A DNA stretch of 64,000 nt, from the NCBI RefSeq assembly GCF_000143415.4, contig NW_003314272.1, positions 2,753,728-2,817,727 on the forward strand, in the 5' to 3' direction. Below the pieces are notes generated by a model. The model searched no databases. It was given only the letters and a program-made list of their open reading frames with translations, and had not been told where the DNA came from. The stretch is from Selaginella moellendorffii. Its lineage: Eukaryota > Plantae > Lycopodiophyta. The position numbers and the translations under genes were made by a program. How positions within the stretch are numbered: the stretch's first letter is position 1; each line of letters opens with the position of its first letter. Below, piece by piece: positions 50,092 to 61,905 of the stretch.

Positions 50092-50738
50092 CACTGGCAA
50101 GCGCGCGCGACCTCACGATCCGCGATCCATCGCTACAAACCTGTCGATCGGCGAGCTGCTCCGCCCAAGAACCCTAGAAAATATTTCCACAGATGGCGCT
50201 TCCGTGCCCTTCGACGTGGCTGCCCGACAGGCGTACGATAGATATTTCTCTCTGACAGGGGAATATGCTCACGCAACCGGATAGGATGAAACTTAATATC
50301 CACTTTAATCAGGTTTAAGGGCCCAGTCGTCAATCATATGCTAGCCCACGTGAAGAATAAGGCAAAGTGACAAATCTATGTTTTTAAGTTGCTGGCATTG
50401 GTCTGGCGGATTTAAAGCCAAAATACAAGCTCTCGCGTTGCTTGCTCGCGCAGGACTCTGGGATTTTTTCTTCGTTTTATCTGGCTTCGCTCGCTGAGAT
50501 TTTATCTGCGCAAGCGATTCGGTTGCTGCAACGAAAGGAACACAATGATTCTCTTCTCAAGCTTTTAGCGAGCCAATCGTTCTAGCTTTTAAATCAGTAA
50601 ACTTTCACGAACAAACCTGGAAGGGGTGCCTCGCTCTATAGTGGAGACAAAAGTGCGTTGTGCTTCTTTGATGCAACAGCGTCCTTTCCACTCCTCATCC
50701 TCCTCATCCTCCTCTTCGGCTTTGCCTCCCTCTCAACG

Positions 50739-52488
50739 ATGTGGTTCACTAGGAAGAGCAAGTCCGATTTTCTCCCACAGCTCCTCCCGAAGAAGTTCTC
50801 CTACAGCCAGATACGAAGCATGACGAAGAACTTTAGTACCAAGCTCGGGAATGGGGGATTCGGCCAGGTGTACGAAGGATTTCTCAAGGACGGGAGCAGA
50901 GTGGCTGTCAAGGTTCTCAAGGAATGGTCCACTCAGGGAGAGAAGGAATTCAAAGCGGAGGTGATTTCCATGGCGGGGATCCATCACAAGAATGTCATTC
51001 CCTTCAAAGGCTACTGCACTTCTCGCAGGATCCTCGTCTACGAATTCATGGTGAATGGCTCGCTCGACAAATGGTTGTTTGCGGAGCCAGGTGAGTGGAA
51101 CTCGTTGCTGTTCTGGATATTTGCCTCTCTCTTTCTTTGCTGACTGGGGAGCTAAAGGTGATCGATCGTAATGCGAATGAATTACCTCTGTCCTGTGAAA
51201 CTCCAGGAAAGGAGCGACTGCTGGACTGGCCAAAGCGGTACGAGATTGCGGTGGGAATGGCCCGAGGCTTAACTTATCTGCACGAAGAATGCACACAGCA
51301 GATAATTCATTTGGACATCAAGCCCGAGAACATACTTTTAGACGAGAACTTTTCTCCAAAGGTAACGTCGCTTGCTCTCCATCTCCCTGGAACAGCAAAG
51401 CTTCTGGAACTAAATGGTTCCAGCTTTCTCAGAAAGAAAAGGAAGCTAAAGTGTCTTACACAGGTCACCGATTTCGGACTGTCAAAGCTGGTGGATCGAG
51501 ACAAGGCCAGGGTCGTGACCAACATGCGTGGAACTCCGGGCTACCTCGCTCCCGAATGGCTTAACTCCAACGCTCCAGTCTCCACCAAAGTCGATGTATA
51601 CAGCTTTGGCATCGTTCTCCTGGAGCTAATCTGCGGAAGAGAGTCATTCCAAATCTCTAGCAGCAAGAGCTCTGAAGAATGGTACTTACCGCCATGGGCG
51701 AGCAAACTTGTAGCCGAGGGACGGGGACTGGAGCTCGTCGACACACACCTCAACGAGGAGGTGGAGTACTTTTACCAGGATCAAGCCAACCGGGCAATCC
51801 AGACGGCTCTGTGTTGCATCCAGCAGGATCCATCCAACAGACCATCGATGAGCCGAGTCCTCCAGATGCTGGAAGGCGTGATCGATGTTCCAAGGATCCC
51901 TACAAAGCAAAAAACCCATCAGACCGCGGATGAGAGAGTCCGAGAAGAGCTCAAAGCCTTTACAGCGTGTATCAAGAAGGAAACGACCTTGCGAGCAGCG
52001 TTTGATGCCAGCGATCGCAGCACAGGGACCTCCAGTAAGTCATCTAAACTCTGCGACTTCCAGACCTTGATGCCCAAGGAGACGATCGATCATCCAAGAA
52101 CACGGTCTTACCTCGATATTTCGATCTTGCAGGCACGGATTTCAACCTCTCCGACCCGGATATCGCGAGCAGGACGCCGCTGCGATGGCCGCTACGCGGC
52201 GACATTGTGAACATCCAGGTGAGCGATGTGGCCGGCGATTTCGTCCACGCCGTGGTGCGCGACGTGAAACCCCAACAGCACCAGGTGAAGCTGGGGATCC
52301 TGTACAAGATCGACACCGCCAATCGCTGGGGCGTGATCGAGGAGGAGGCGCGGTGGAGGAACTGGAGCGTGCTGGTGTCGACGCTGCGGCACTGGACGGC
52401 CGTGAAGTGGGTCACTGTGCCGGGGCCAGTGGGAGGGTACCAGAGATTGCCGGTGGAGTGGATCGCCGCCAAGCCACAGCTTCCCTAG
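50739..52488 (+). CDS. SD-2-like non-RD Ser/Thr kinase without ectodomain, spliced to an unknown C-terminal domain (4 exons)
   Basis: LGNGGFG, VAVK, IIHLDIKPENILLD, DFG, MRGTPGYLAPEW; exons 50739-51090, 51207-51361, 51464-52034, 52133-52488 join in frame via GT-AG. Confidence 0.8.
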
Positions 52489-52529
52489 GAACGTAAGAAC
52501 CCTATTCTCAACGGTCCGAATTTTTCTAA

Positions 52530-52602
52530 GGGAATGTAGCTCAGATGGTAGAGCGCTCGCTTAGCATGCGAGAGGTACTGGGATCGATACCCGGCATCTC
52601 CA
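52530..52602 (+). tRNA. tRNA-Ala (anticodon AGC)
   Basis: Cloverleaf matching plant tRNA-Ala(AGC), G3:U70 identity pair; A4:C69 mismatch. Confidence 0.9.
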
Positions 52603-53168
52603 AGCAAGAACACGTTACGTCAGAATTTAATTGAAATCGCGCCAGCCATATACGTTGGAAGAACATGGGAGAAATGCTGGCAAACAACTAAGCGCGATCG
52701 TGTGATAACTCCTAAAGTTTTTTTTTCCCAACCAATTCAATACATCATTCCCAACTGTGTGTCCCTTGTTGGCATCGAAGAGGACATGCCCGGAAAAACC
52801 CTAACCAACTACGTGGCAGGACCCCATTGGTGCTCAAGCGGCAGCATGTGCGCGCCAGCCGTGTCGTCCGGGCCCTCACACGTCGTCGTCGCTGCCTTGC
52901 TGGCACCCGGCCGCCACGTCGGACCCACATCTTGGCGTAACACGTCTCGTATGTGAAACCACGTTATGTTAAGTTTTAATAGGTCGGTCCTTTGCCTTTT
53001 AAAGGAGAGGCACCGGTTAAATTTCCCCTGTTAAGAGAAGGGAAGACGAAGGAACGCTCGTTGCTTATAGAGTTCTTGCGAGGAGTTCTCTCTCTCTCTC
53101 TTATTCCAGGGAAGATCGATCTATAGTTTGCGAGAGGAGAGCTCGGGATCTTGGGAGGAAAGGAGAAA

Positions 53169-53736
53169 ATGGCACAGATTTTCTTCCTCGCAGTAGCAGC
53201 ATTGCTCGTCTCATTCCAAGCTTGCAGTGGCGAGAACGAGTATGTCGGTAAGCTCTCGAAGAAGTCCTCCATGTTTTCTTTGTGAGAACTTCTCCTTCTT
53301 CTCGAGAAGGAGATCCAGGATTCTCGAGGAGGAGGAAAAATCTCAGGAATGCTGCTTGGATCTGGGCAGTAGCAAGGATTTCACGCTTAAATTTCATTCT
53401 TTCCTTGCAGTTCGTCCCGGGATGAAGCTGGAAGTGTCATTCGCGGACGTCCCAGCAGCGCCGCCCACCGGATCCCTTGCGCCGCCACCAGTCCCGGTTA
53501 TGGCGCCGCCCACGCCCACGCCAGCGCCCGCGACGCCCCCGGTTGCGACGCCGGCCCCGGTTGAGGCGCCGGTCCCCTCCGCCGCCTCGCCGCCAGCGCC
53601 ACCCACCGCCCCCACCCCCGGCGGCTCCGCCAATGCTCCAGCCAGCCCCCCCGGCACCACTCCATCCTCGGCTCTCGCCATCGTCTCTCCCATCTCCATC
53701 GTTTTGGGCTCCATCGCGCTGCTGGGTCTGTTCTAG
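53169..53736 (+). CDS. GPI-anchored arabinogalactan-like protein (phytocyanin-derived), 2 exons
   Basis: Signal peptide MAQIFFLAVAALL..., intron 53248-53410, AP/TP/SP-rich body, hydrophobic C-terminus. Confidence 0.8.
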
Positions 53737-55024
53737 ACCTCGATCTTTTTCCAATCCATGCTCCATTTTTTTCCTCTCTCTCTCTCGATTTTCCCAGTCC
53801 TCTCTCGATTTGCTCCTACATTGGTGTGCGTAGATTTGTCTCCTCGCTCGCTCTCGCTGCTCTGATTTGGATTGGAGACTCCTCCCAGATCTCCCGGTTT
53901 CGTGACGATGGACAGATCGTTATCTTTCGGCTATTTTACCGTCTTCTTCGTCGATCGATCGATCAGTCGGCAGCTCTGTACAAGTAAAAATGCGTTCTTT
54001 CCTCTCGCTTTGCTTCCCTCCTCCTTCCTTTCGCAGGATCCATCTCCATCCCACTCAGAGCAGCAGAGTTTCTAGGAAATTTTTTGTTTTCGTTGTGGTT
54101 CTCTCTTTAAAAATTCGATTTTTTATCCTCTCTCCAGAGGAGCACCACTCCACAGCTTTGTGTGATCGATCGAATCGCCTAGAGGAGCGACTGAGCACCA
54201 CTCCCAATTCCAGGAGCAAACGTCACGGATCGATCGATCGATCGCAATCTCGAGCGAAGAAAATTTGGCGTTGCTAGCTAAAAACAGGGGAAAGGTGTGG
54301 AAGGAATCACGGGTCCACAAAAGAAGGCCCAGAGGCTCCACAATTCAAGGCGTTCGTGGTAAGGCATCGCAGCGCCAGCACCAGCGCCCAGGCATTGTTT
54401 TTCAATGATTCCTTTCGAATCTCGTGCGCATATAACTCGCATCGACCTAGATCCCATTGATCCAGCGCCACGTTTGCCCCTCTAATCTCGCGATCAATCA
54501 GAGATGGATGCATGGCCTCGCCCTCCACCGCTCCAATCCAATTTTTCCTCCTCGCCCATCGCCCACTTGAGAAGTGGAAGAGAATATAAAGGCAGGGAAA
54601 AAAAAAAGAGAGGAGAGGACAGGCAAAGCTCCAAACAACAGGGTCTCTCTCGTCCCTTTGGCTGTCACGCAGCAGCAATTCTGGCAGTGGCACTGCGGAT
54701 TTTTCTCGGAAGCTCCAATCCAGCTCGATCCAGCCCTCATCGAGCTTAACTAGAGAAACTCTCTCTCTCGCAGATCACGAATCGCCACTCCACACCCTCA
54801 CATGGCCACCAGCAGCGCCGCAGCGCAGTACTTACAATCCATCCGTGGTTCTAGAAAAGAGAATTCGCATCTTCACATGGTAGTGTCAGATCTCCTAGTC
54901 CCCTGTTCTTAGGGTTTCCTTTTAGGGTTCTTAGCTTAGGGCAAACTGTATAGCTGACGTGGCATATCTAGATATTCTTTTGGATATTTCTTGTTTGAGT
55001 GAGAGGTGAGAGGAGAAGAGAACG

Positions 55025-56598
55025 ATGGCTTGCAGTGTTCCCGGCCTTTGCGGGACTAGGGCAACGTTTAGGGTGTGCGAGCAGCGCCTGGGATCCGGCC
55101 TGGGGTTCCTCCCGTCGCCATGGCGCTCCAGATCATCTGCGCCATTGCTAGCGCGCCGGATTGGATTCCACCAGGTACGCGCCTCGCTCGCGCCAGGATC
55201 GGCCGCCGAGCGCCTCCAATCCCTCTCCGGCGTCGTCAGCGATGAGAATGTGCCCGAGGGCCACTCGGGGCTGCACGGATTCCTCTACGGCGAGGCCGGG
55301 GCGGAGGTCCACGGCGACGGCGCCGCCAAGGAATTCCAGGGCCGGGAAGGGGAGGACGATGGAACCAGCGTCCTGGAGCTCGAGAGCTATGTCTCGGCGA
55401 GAGAGAGCATCAAATTCCCGGGGGTCTACGCCGTCTATGGCAAGAACAAGGCGATGGAGTACGTTGGCTTCTCCAGGAACGTCGTCCTGTCGCTCAAGAC
55501 GCACAGAACCCGAGCCGGCGAGGAGCGCTGCGCGTTTGTGAGGGTGAAGCTCTTTGGCGATCCATCGCTCGTCACCAAGTCGAGGCTGGAGGAAGAGAAG
55601 CAGCGCTGGATACGAGAGCTCGAGGCCGTACCACCAGGGAACTCCCCGGAAGAACAGAGCCTCTGGTCTTCTTCCGCAAAGGTGGTGGAGACGAGCAGCG
55701 CCAAGGCCAAGTCCATGTCCGAGAGCGAGCGGAGGGAGTACGAGGAGAAGAAGCTCAAGCTGCGCAAGGCCATGGGCGAGAACTTGCACGACGACGTCGA
55801 TGGCGAGGACGAGGATGCCAAGCTGCGGCGCCTCAAGATCTTGCAGGCCGTGGAGGGCGATAACTGGAGCAGTGTGATCGATGGCCAGACCATGGAAACT
55901 GTTGGCTCCTCCGCTGGTTCTTCGTCTTCGGACGCTTCTTCTTCGACTTCTTCGCGCGAGGTGGTGAGCCCGTTTGAGTCGAGCAACACGAGCAGCACCG
56001 CGGGCAGTGGCTTGTACTCTACCGAGACGTATGATTTCACCGCGGAGAACGTTGACAAGGTGCTGGACGAGGTGCGGCCATACCTGGTAGCTGATGGCGG
56101 CAATGTGGCCGTCGTCTCGGTCGCTGATGGAACCGTCTCGCTGGAACTCCAAGGTTTGCTCTTGAGAAGCTGTTTTCTCCTGGCTGATCGTGCTTGGTTT
56201 CGTCTTCCAGGGGCTTGCGGGACTTGTCCCAGCTCCACGTCCACCATGAAAATGGGAATCGAGCGAGTCCTCCGGGAGAAATTCGGCGACGCTGTGAAAG
56301 AAGTGGTCGACATCAACAGGCCAAGTGTAACTTTGACATTTGAAGTAAGCCACCTCGTTTTTCTTCGCGCGATGGATCTCATCTCTCTGTTCCTTGCTCG
56401 CAGGCCTTGAATGGACAGATTGACATGCTGAGAAGCGCCATCGAAGGCTACGGTGGTGTGGTACAGCTCGCCACTGTTGATCCTGCCAAGGGAGAGTGTC
56501 AAATAAAATACAAAGGCCCGGTGCCGCTGGGCCTGGGGATCAAGGCTGCCATCAGAGACAAGTTCCCGGAGCTCAACGTCGTCTTGATCGATCCTTAG
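55025..56598 (+). CDS. Plastid NFU-type Fe-S transfer protein with N-terminal GIY-YIG-like domain, 3 exons
   Basis: Transit-peptide-like N-terminus; [21 protein letters not shown]; [21 protein letters not shown]...LQG|ACGTCPSS; second degenerate NFU domain. Confidence 0.9.
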
Positions 56599-57159
56599 AG
56601 GGTCAGAAAACTTGTTTGTGGCTTCATCACCATCTGGAATAACATGGTGTCAAAATTCGTCGACGGCGAATCGGTGCGTGGACAGCCTGCGCCGCGTCAT
56701 CGTCTACTGCCACGACTTTGCCCGAGCTGCGATCGGAGCTCGCATCGCGCAGCTATACTCATCACCCGAGACGAGCGAGAGCAAGCCTGGCGTTTGACAG
56801 GAAATGCTGGGATGTTTGGAAAAGATTCTCTGCGGGGAGAGTGTCGAGGACTGCGACTTGTATTATAGGCTTCGATAGTGGTCTTGTACGCAGCAATAGC
56901 GAGGTAAACTTGTTTGTCCTAGCGAATGTATAGAACAGTCTCGTGTTTCATGGAAATGGGATTTGAGGGCGAATGTCAATAGTTCACTTACATGGATTGG
57001 TTCGCTCTCTTTTGTGGCGGGATTTTTGGCACACCCAAAGCTCAATGCGCTCAAAGAAATGCGCTCAAAGAAACAAAGCCTTCTTTCCGACTAGCAAAGT
57101 GCGTGTTCTTATCTTACCGAGCAAAAGAAAGAAAGAAAAGAGATCCCGGAAGATGCATC

Positions 57160-58346
57160 TCAAACATCCCTGGAGTAGATCAATGCGGCGAGCCGCCTGT
57201 ACATCCGCGGCGTTTCCCTGCACTTGAGATCACGTAAATCGTCTTCCATGCTCTCCTCGAACTCAATCTTGTCAACCTCGCAATCACCGGTGATCCGACC
57301 GTGGGACGGGTAGCCTCCCTCGGCTTTCGTGATGGGGTAACGCACCTTCGCGTAACACTTGAAGAAGGCCGGGCAAGTCTCGGGCAAGTCGTTAGGCGCC
57401 GGATGCTGCAGAGACCAGCCCATGGTTTTGGACCTGCAATCAATCAAATTTCGAAACGATTGAAAGCTTTTTCGAGATCCAAAATACCAGTGCATGCCTA
57501 TCAGCGTCGTCTCCCTCATTCTGATCTGGAACGTCGATGGGAGGTTCTCTTCTAAAGCGAAGTCAGCCGGTTCCGTCGGCGGCACTGCCATTTGCCTGAG
57601 CTCTTCAACTGAAACATTCTTTAGCTAGATCATCCAAAGACGCAGTCCAGAACTTACAAGTTGTGGTGCATCCAACATAGAGTGGTAGCTTGGACGCACT
57701 TATCCAGAGCCGGACTACTTGAACCCTTATATCCAAGTTCTCCTCAAATGTGAGGAATGTGCATGGTTCCATGAGCCACGCGGGGAAGTGATTCTTTGAC
57801 AGAGCTAGTGTCACTTGGTTAGCTTCTTCGTCGGTGAGCCCAAGATCGAAGTCGAGCGTACAGTTCACTCGTTCCTCGTCATAGTCCTCCAGCAGAAAAT
57901 CGAGATCCTTGGGCAGCTGTAAGCAACGATCTTTGGCTTTGAAGTCCGCGAATGGATTGGCATGGAGCTGCTTCTGGGGAACAAGATAACAAAAGTAAAG
58001 ACATGGAAAGAGCTAGTGTGTAGTAACCTTTCCAGCGGTAGGGGGTGGGGGCGCGAGCTGCTTGACCAGATCGTAGAGCCGTCCATGGCCTTCCTTGCCC
58101 AGGAAGCAGCACGTTCTAAAGCCATGGATGGCTTTCTTTCGCACCATTGTGGTCACCGCAGCAGCCGTGAGCGTCTCCAGCACAACGTCGGAAACTAAGG
58201 AGGAGCAAGTCAGGCGGATGAACTGTCTCAACTCCGCCACAGACGATGCTTCCGAAAGAGGTGTGCCTGGAAATGGCCTCAGCCTCAATCAGTCCCAAAG
58301 TACACAACAGTCTCTTACCTTGTGAGCTGCTGCTGCTACCCGCCAT
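57160..58346 (-). CDS. Hypothetical protein, 4-5 exons, unrecognised family
   Basis: About 50-bp GT-AG introns join MAGSSSSSQG|TPLSEAS...AGK|KQLHANPF...YVGCTTTF|EELRQMAVPP...RDV in frame. Confidence 0.65.
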
Positions 58347-58409
58347 CGCTTCCTAGGTTTAGGGTGGCGTCTATTACCAAAGTCTATAACATTAACAAGG
58401 TTACAATAA

Positions 58410-58632
58410 CTTTTGAAGCTTTAAAATGTGGACTTCCAATGAGCAACGGCAATGAACTTCTAATTTCAAGCTACTGACGGCTAGTTCCCTGGAAGAGCAT
58501 GGACACAGACCCAAAGCACCGCTTCTTCAGTGGGAGCAGCTTTAAACTTCTATGTTGTTGGAACAATAAAATGTGCCAGAGGACTCGTTCAACCAGCAAA
58601 CTTATCAAGAACATGAAAACATTAGGAACGAA
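58410..58632. repeat. Inverted duplication arm (partner 61295-61515)
   Basis: e.g. TTCAAGCTACTGACGGCTAGTTC and GTTCAACCAGCAAACTTATCAAG occur reverse-complemented at 61.3-61.5 kb. Confidence 0.85.
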
Positions 58633-59766
58633 CAATATGCCACGTAGGCATAATAACTCCGAAAGTCCATGGGGGGCTTTTTTTAGCAAAAATGAAAGTT
58701 AAAATTCGACTTATGCGAAGTCGTGCAAAATTCAATTTACTTAGCAAAAGAATAAATGGAAAAAAATCTCAAAGCTTGAAGCCTCTTGAATGGCTTCACC
58801 TCCTTTGGACAATGTAAGTGGATCTTGCCTGCCTGCTCGCTTCCAAATCCCTCTCTCCATCGTGGCCAGGGAGCACTGAAAATACAAACACCCAAGTATA
58901 AAGAGCTTGGATAACTCAAGAGAAAACTTAACAGTGATACTTACAGTGAGAGCTAGCGTAAGAGAAACTTCCATTGAGAAAAGTCATGCTAAGTCATGCA
59001 TATTCACGGATTACATAAAACTTGAATAGATGAGTTAAGAGTGAACATGCAAGAAAAAAATATACAAAAGTATTTACTGGAAGTGTTGCGAACAGGAGCC
59101 TCAAACAATAAAGCAGCTGCTTGATAAACTCCTCTTGATTTTTAGAAGTCTAATAGTACTTGTCCTCCCAAGGTAAATGTCATACTCGTCCCCGTCAAAG
59201 CACCTGGAAAAAATACACAATTTAGTTTGGATGATCAGAGAATCATAGCATACCTCAATATAATTCTTGTAGTTGCCTTTTCTCTCTGGGTTCGTTATAG
59301 GATGTAAGTGCATAGCTCGTTATCAATCACAAGTACTTATATCTTCCAACCTGTTTGAACCACCAGAAGGTTGCTAGTGAAAGCACATATAGCGCAGAAG
59401 CTTACAAGAAGTTCGTGTTCTAACAACCAATGGCCATCTCTCGGTCAATTACCTAGGGGACCTGCAACTCACATCCACTATGACACTTCCAAAAGCTGGT
59501 TGAAGATACTCCAAAGCCATTTTAAGCTGAAACACATCATCAGTCTCAAATATGAGAAAGTTCTTTCGCAAACTTCTTCGTGACCAGGACAAAGAAACGA
59601 AAGGCTCACCTTGCGAAGAACATTTCCCACTATCTGGTCGATCCAGAGGACTTCCTTGAGATTGACACGGCCGGTGGGATTGCTCTCGTGTTCATTCTCA
59701 TCGGCTACATCAGAGAATAGTCAGGGACAGGGACGAAAGACGAAAAACAACAAACAACAGACCATA

Positions 59767-60135
59767 GCCAATCTCACAAGACACGGAGTGATAGCCATAA
59801 CTCGGCCTGTCCTCGGTCAGCTTGAACACCATCCCGGCCAGAACCTTACAAACGAGCATGGCATGGTGCCTGGAACCCGAGGATGCCTTGACATAGTAGT
59901 TTGCCTTGCTGCTGGTTGCTGTCACATAGATCCCCGGCCCAAACCGGAGGAATCCATCCACCTTTGCTTTCTTCTTCTTGAATGCGGCCAGGATGATGTT
60001 GCAGAGGCCTTTTCTTCTGCTGCTTCTGATGATCGGCCCGTTTGATCTCTACGCCCAAGCTGTGCATCACATCTCCACTGCCTTCTCCCAAGTCTCGGCA
60101 AAGTGGGAGGGATCCTCAACTTTGATGAGCTTGTG
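59767..60135 (-). pseudogene. PARP/ART-catalytic-like gene fragment
   Basis: LCNII..AF...RFGPGIYVTATSSKANYY...AMLVCKVLAG...GYHSV; start codon deleted relative to the copy at 63949. Confidence 0.7.
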
Positions 60136-60299
60136 CCTCAGTTTATTATCGTCTATGATACCGTGTAGACAATGCTTGCTAAAACTTTAGTTTCATTCAA
60201 GTATTTAAAGGTACTTTTATTAGATGAAGTAACCTTTTCCTTTTCCCTAACTCTATATAAATTAGCTTGTGCATTAGGTTTTGCCATATTAAGGTTTTG

Positions 60300-60808
60300 A
60301 TGAAGTGGTCGAGGATCTTAGTGTTCGTGGTTGCGATCTTGGCTCTTTGCGTGTGCGTGTATGGGAGGTCGATTCCTCAACTCAGGACTATCTACATGGG
60401 AGATTCAATCTTCGACGTGGGCACAAACAAATATGTGAAGGATTCAGTTTCGCGTTGTGATTTTGTGCCATATGGGGTGACGAGGTTTAGCAAGCCATCC
60501 GGGAGGTGAAGCGATGGGTTTATAATTCCAGATCTGATAAACGAGGCGATAGGTTTGCCCTTTTCAAGACCATTCCTGGGCTTGAAAGCTGGGAGTCAAC
60601 TTCCACCAAGCATTAATTTTGCGTCAGATGGCAGTGGCTTACTTGACTCCAGTCACTCGGACTGGGGCGTTGTGTCGTTTAACGAGCAGCTAAAGCAGCT
60701 CGCGCAGCTCTCCAAGAAAAATCTCAATCTCAATGATTTTGTGGTTGTGATATCTTCTGCTGGGAATGATATTGCGGTAAATCTTCAAAACATTGCTGGT
60801 ATTGACTG
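60300..60808 (+). pseudogene. Truncated GDSL lipase copy (inverted duplicate)
   Basis: Intact signal peptide and GDS motif, TGA at 60507-60509, similarity ends at about 60808. Confidence 0.9.
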
Positions 60809-61294
60809 GCATGGATCTCTGCTTTTCAAGGCTGTTTTTGCCCCTCTCCAGAGCCTTGTAGACCGATGAGTCTGAATTCAATCTGCCCATGCTGTCTTCC
60901 ACAAGTGGCAAATACATCAGCTGGCCGTCATCAGATGCTCTCTAAGGTCGCTGCCCGCTCGTTGGCGAAGCAATTGTTGAACTGTTCAAGGTAGACGATC
61001 GAGCGCGGAGCTGCCGTATTGGCACTCACTGAAGCTCCCGAGATGCTATTGAAGGAAGTCTCCGAGATGCTCTGAAGGGTTGTAGCATGTACTCCCTGCT
61101 CGTAAACGACCTCAAACAACCAGGAGCTTTGCCTGGCTGAAAGAATGAGAAGGATCAAACTTTTACTGAAAGAGAAACGTCCTTACCTTCCACGCTTTTT
61201 GGAGCGTTCCTCATTCTTGCAATATAAACGTTTTTCGTACGCTGGATGTACTGTTGAGATTGCTCGCAGTTGCATCTATAGTCTTCAGTGTCCG

Positions 61295-61515
61295 TCGTTC
61301 CTAATGTTTTCATGTACTTGATAAGTTTGCTGGTTGAACTGGTGTTTTCAAGAGTCCTCTGCGTGTTTTATCGTTCCAACAACATAGAAGTTTAGAGCTG
61401 CTCCCACTGGAAGATGAACAGGAAGCGATGCTCTGTGGCTCTTCTTGCTCTTCAAGAGAACTAGCCGTCAGTAGCTTGAAATTAGATGAAAGTTCACATT
61501 TTAAAACTTCAAAAT
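61295..61515. repeat. Inverted duplication arm (partner 58410-58632)
   Basis: Reverse-complement alignment by eye with small indels. Confidence 0.85.
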
Positions 61516-61604
61516 TAGTAATAAAAGGTAAAGTATAAACCCTAAAACTATGAAGCGATGACGTCTACAAGTAGGCGAGGATGAGGATTGTCCAAGAGAA
61601 GACG

Positions 61605-61905
61605 TTCCTGGTGACTATCCGGTCGAAGGCACTTCGCGCTTGATCCAGCTCGCCGCGTTTACCATACATCTGGACGAGCAAATTCCCGAGAAACGTAGAA
61701 ACGTATCGCCGTCATAGCCGCGGGACTTGAGGAGGAAGTGGAGCCTCTTGCCTTCCCAGAGGTTCTGGCTGCTCCCGCATCTTCGCAACGCCTCGGCGTA
61801 GCATTTGGTGGTGTCGCTGCTGCAGCGCAAACTTGGACTAGAACCCACTACTGCTACATCGCTGGTGAGCCGCGGAGAAGAGCTGGAACTCCAGACAGCG
61901 TCCAT
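61605..61905 (-). pseudogene. PPR gene 5' fragment
   Basis: YAEALRRCGSSQNLWEGKRLH...DTFL, then frameshifted GNLLVQMYGKRGELDQARSAFDRI, then truncated. Confidence 0.8.

Noticed and set aside
54580-54910. Possible MIRNA or short peptide gene after TATAAA
   Set aside because: No convincing hairpin or match to a conserved miRNA that I can recognise
60810-61290. Coding-like fragments (also 56640-56800 and 62250-62761)
   Set aside because: Interrupted frames and no assignable family
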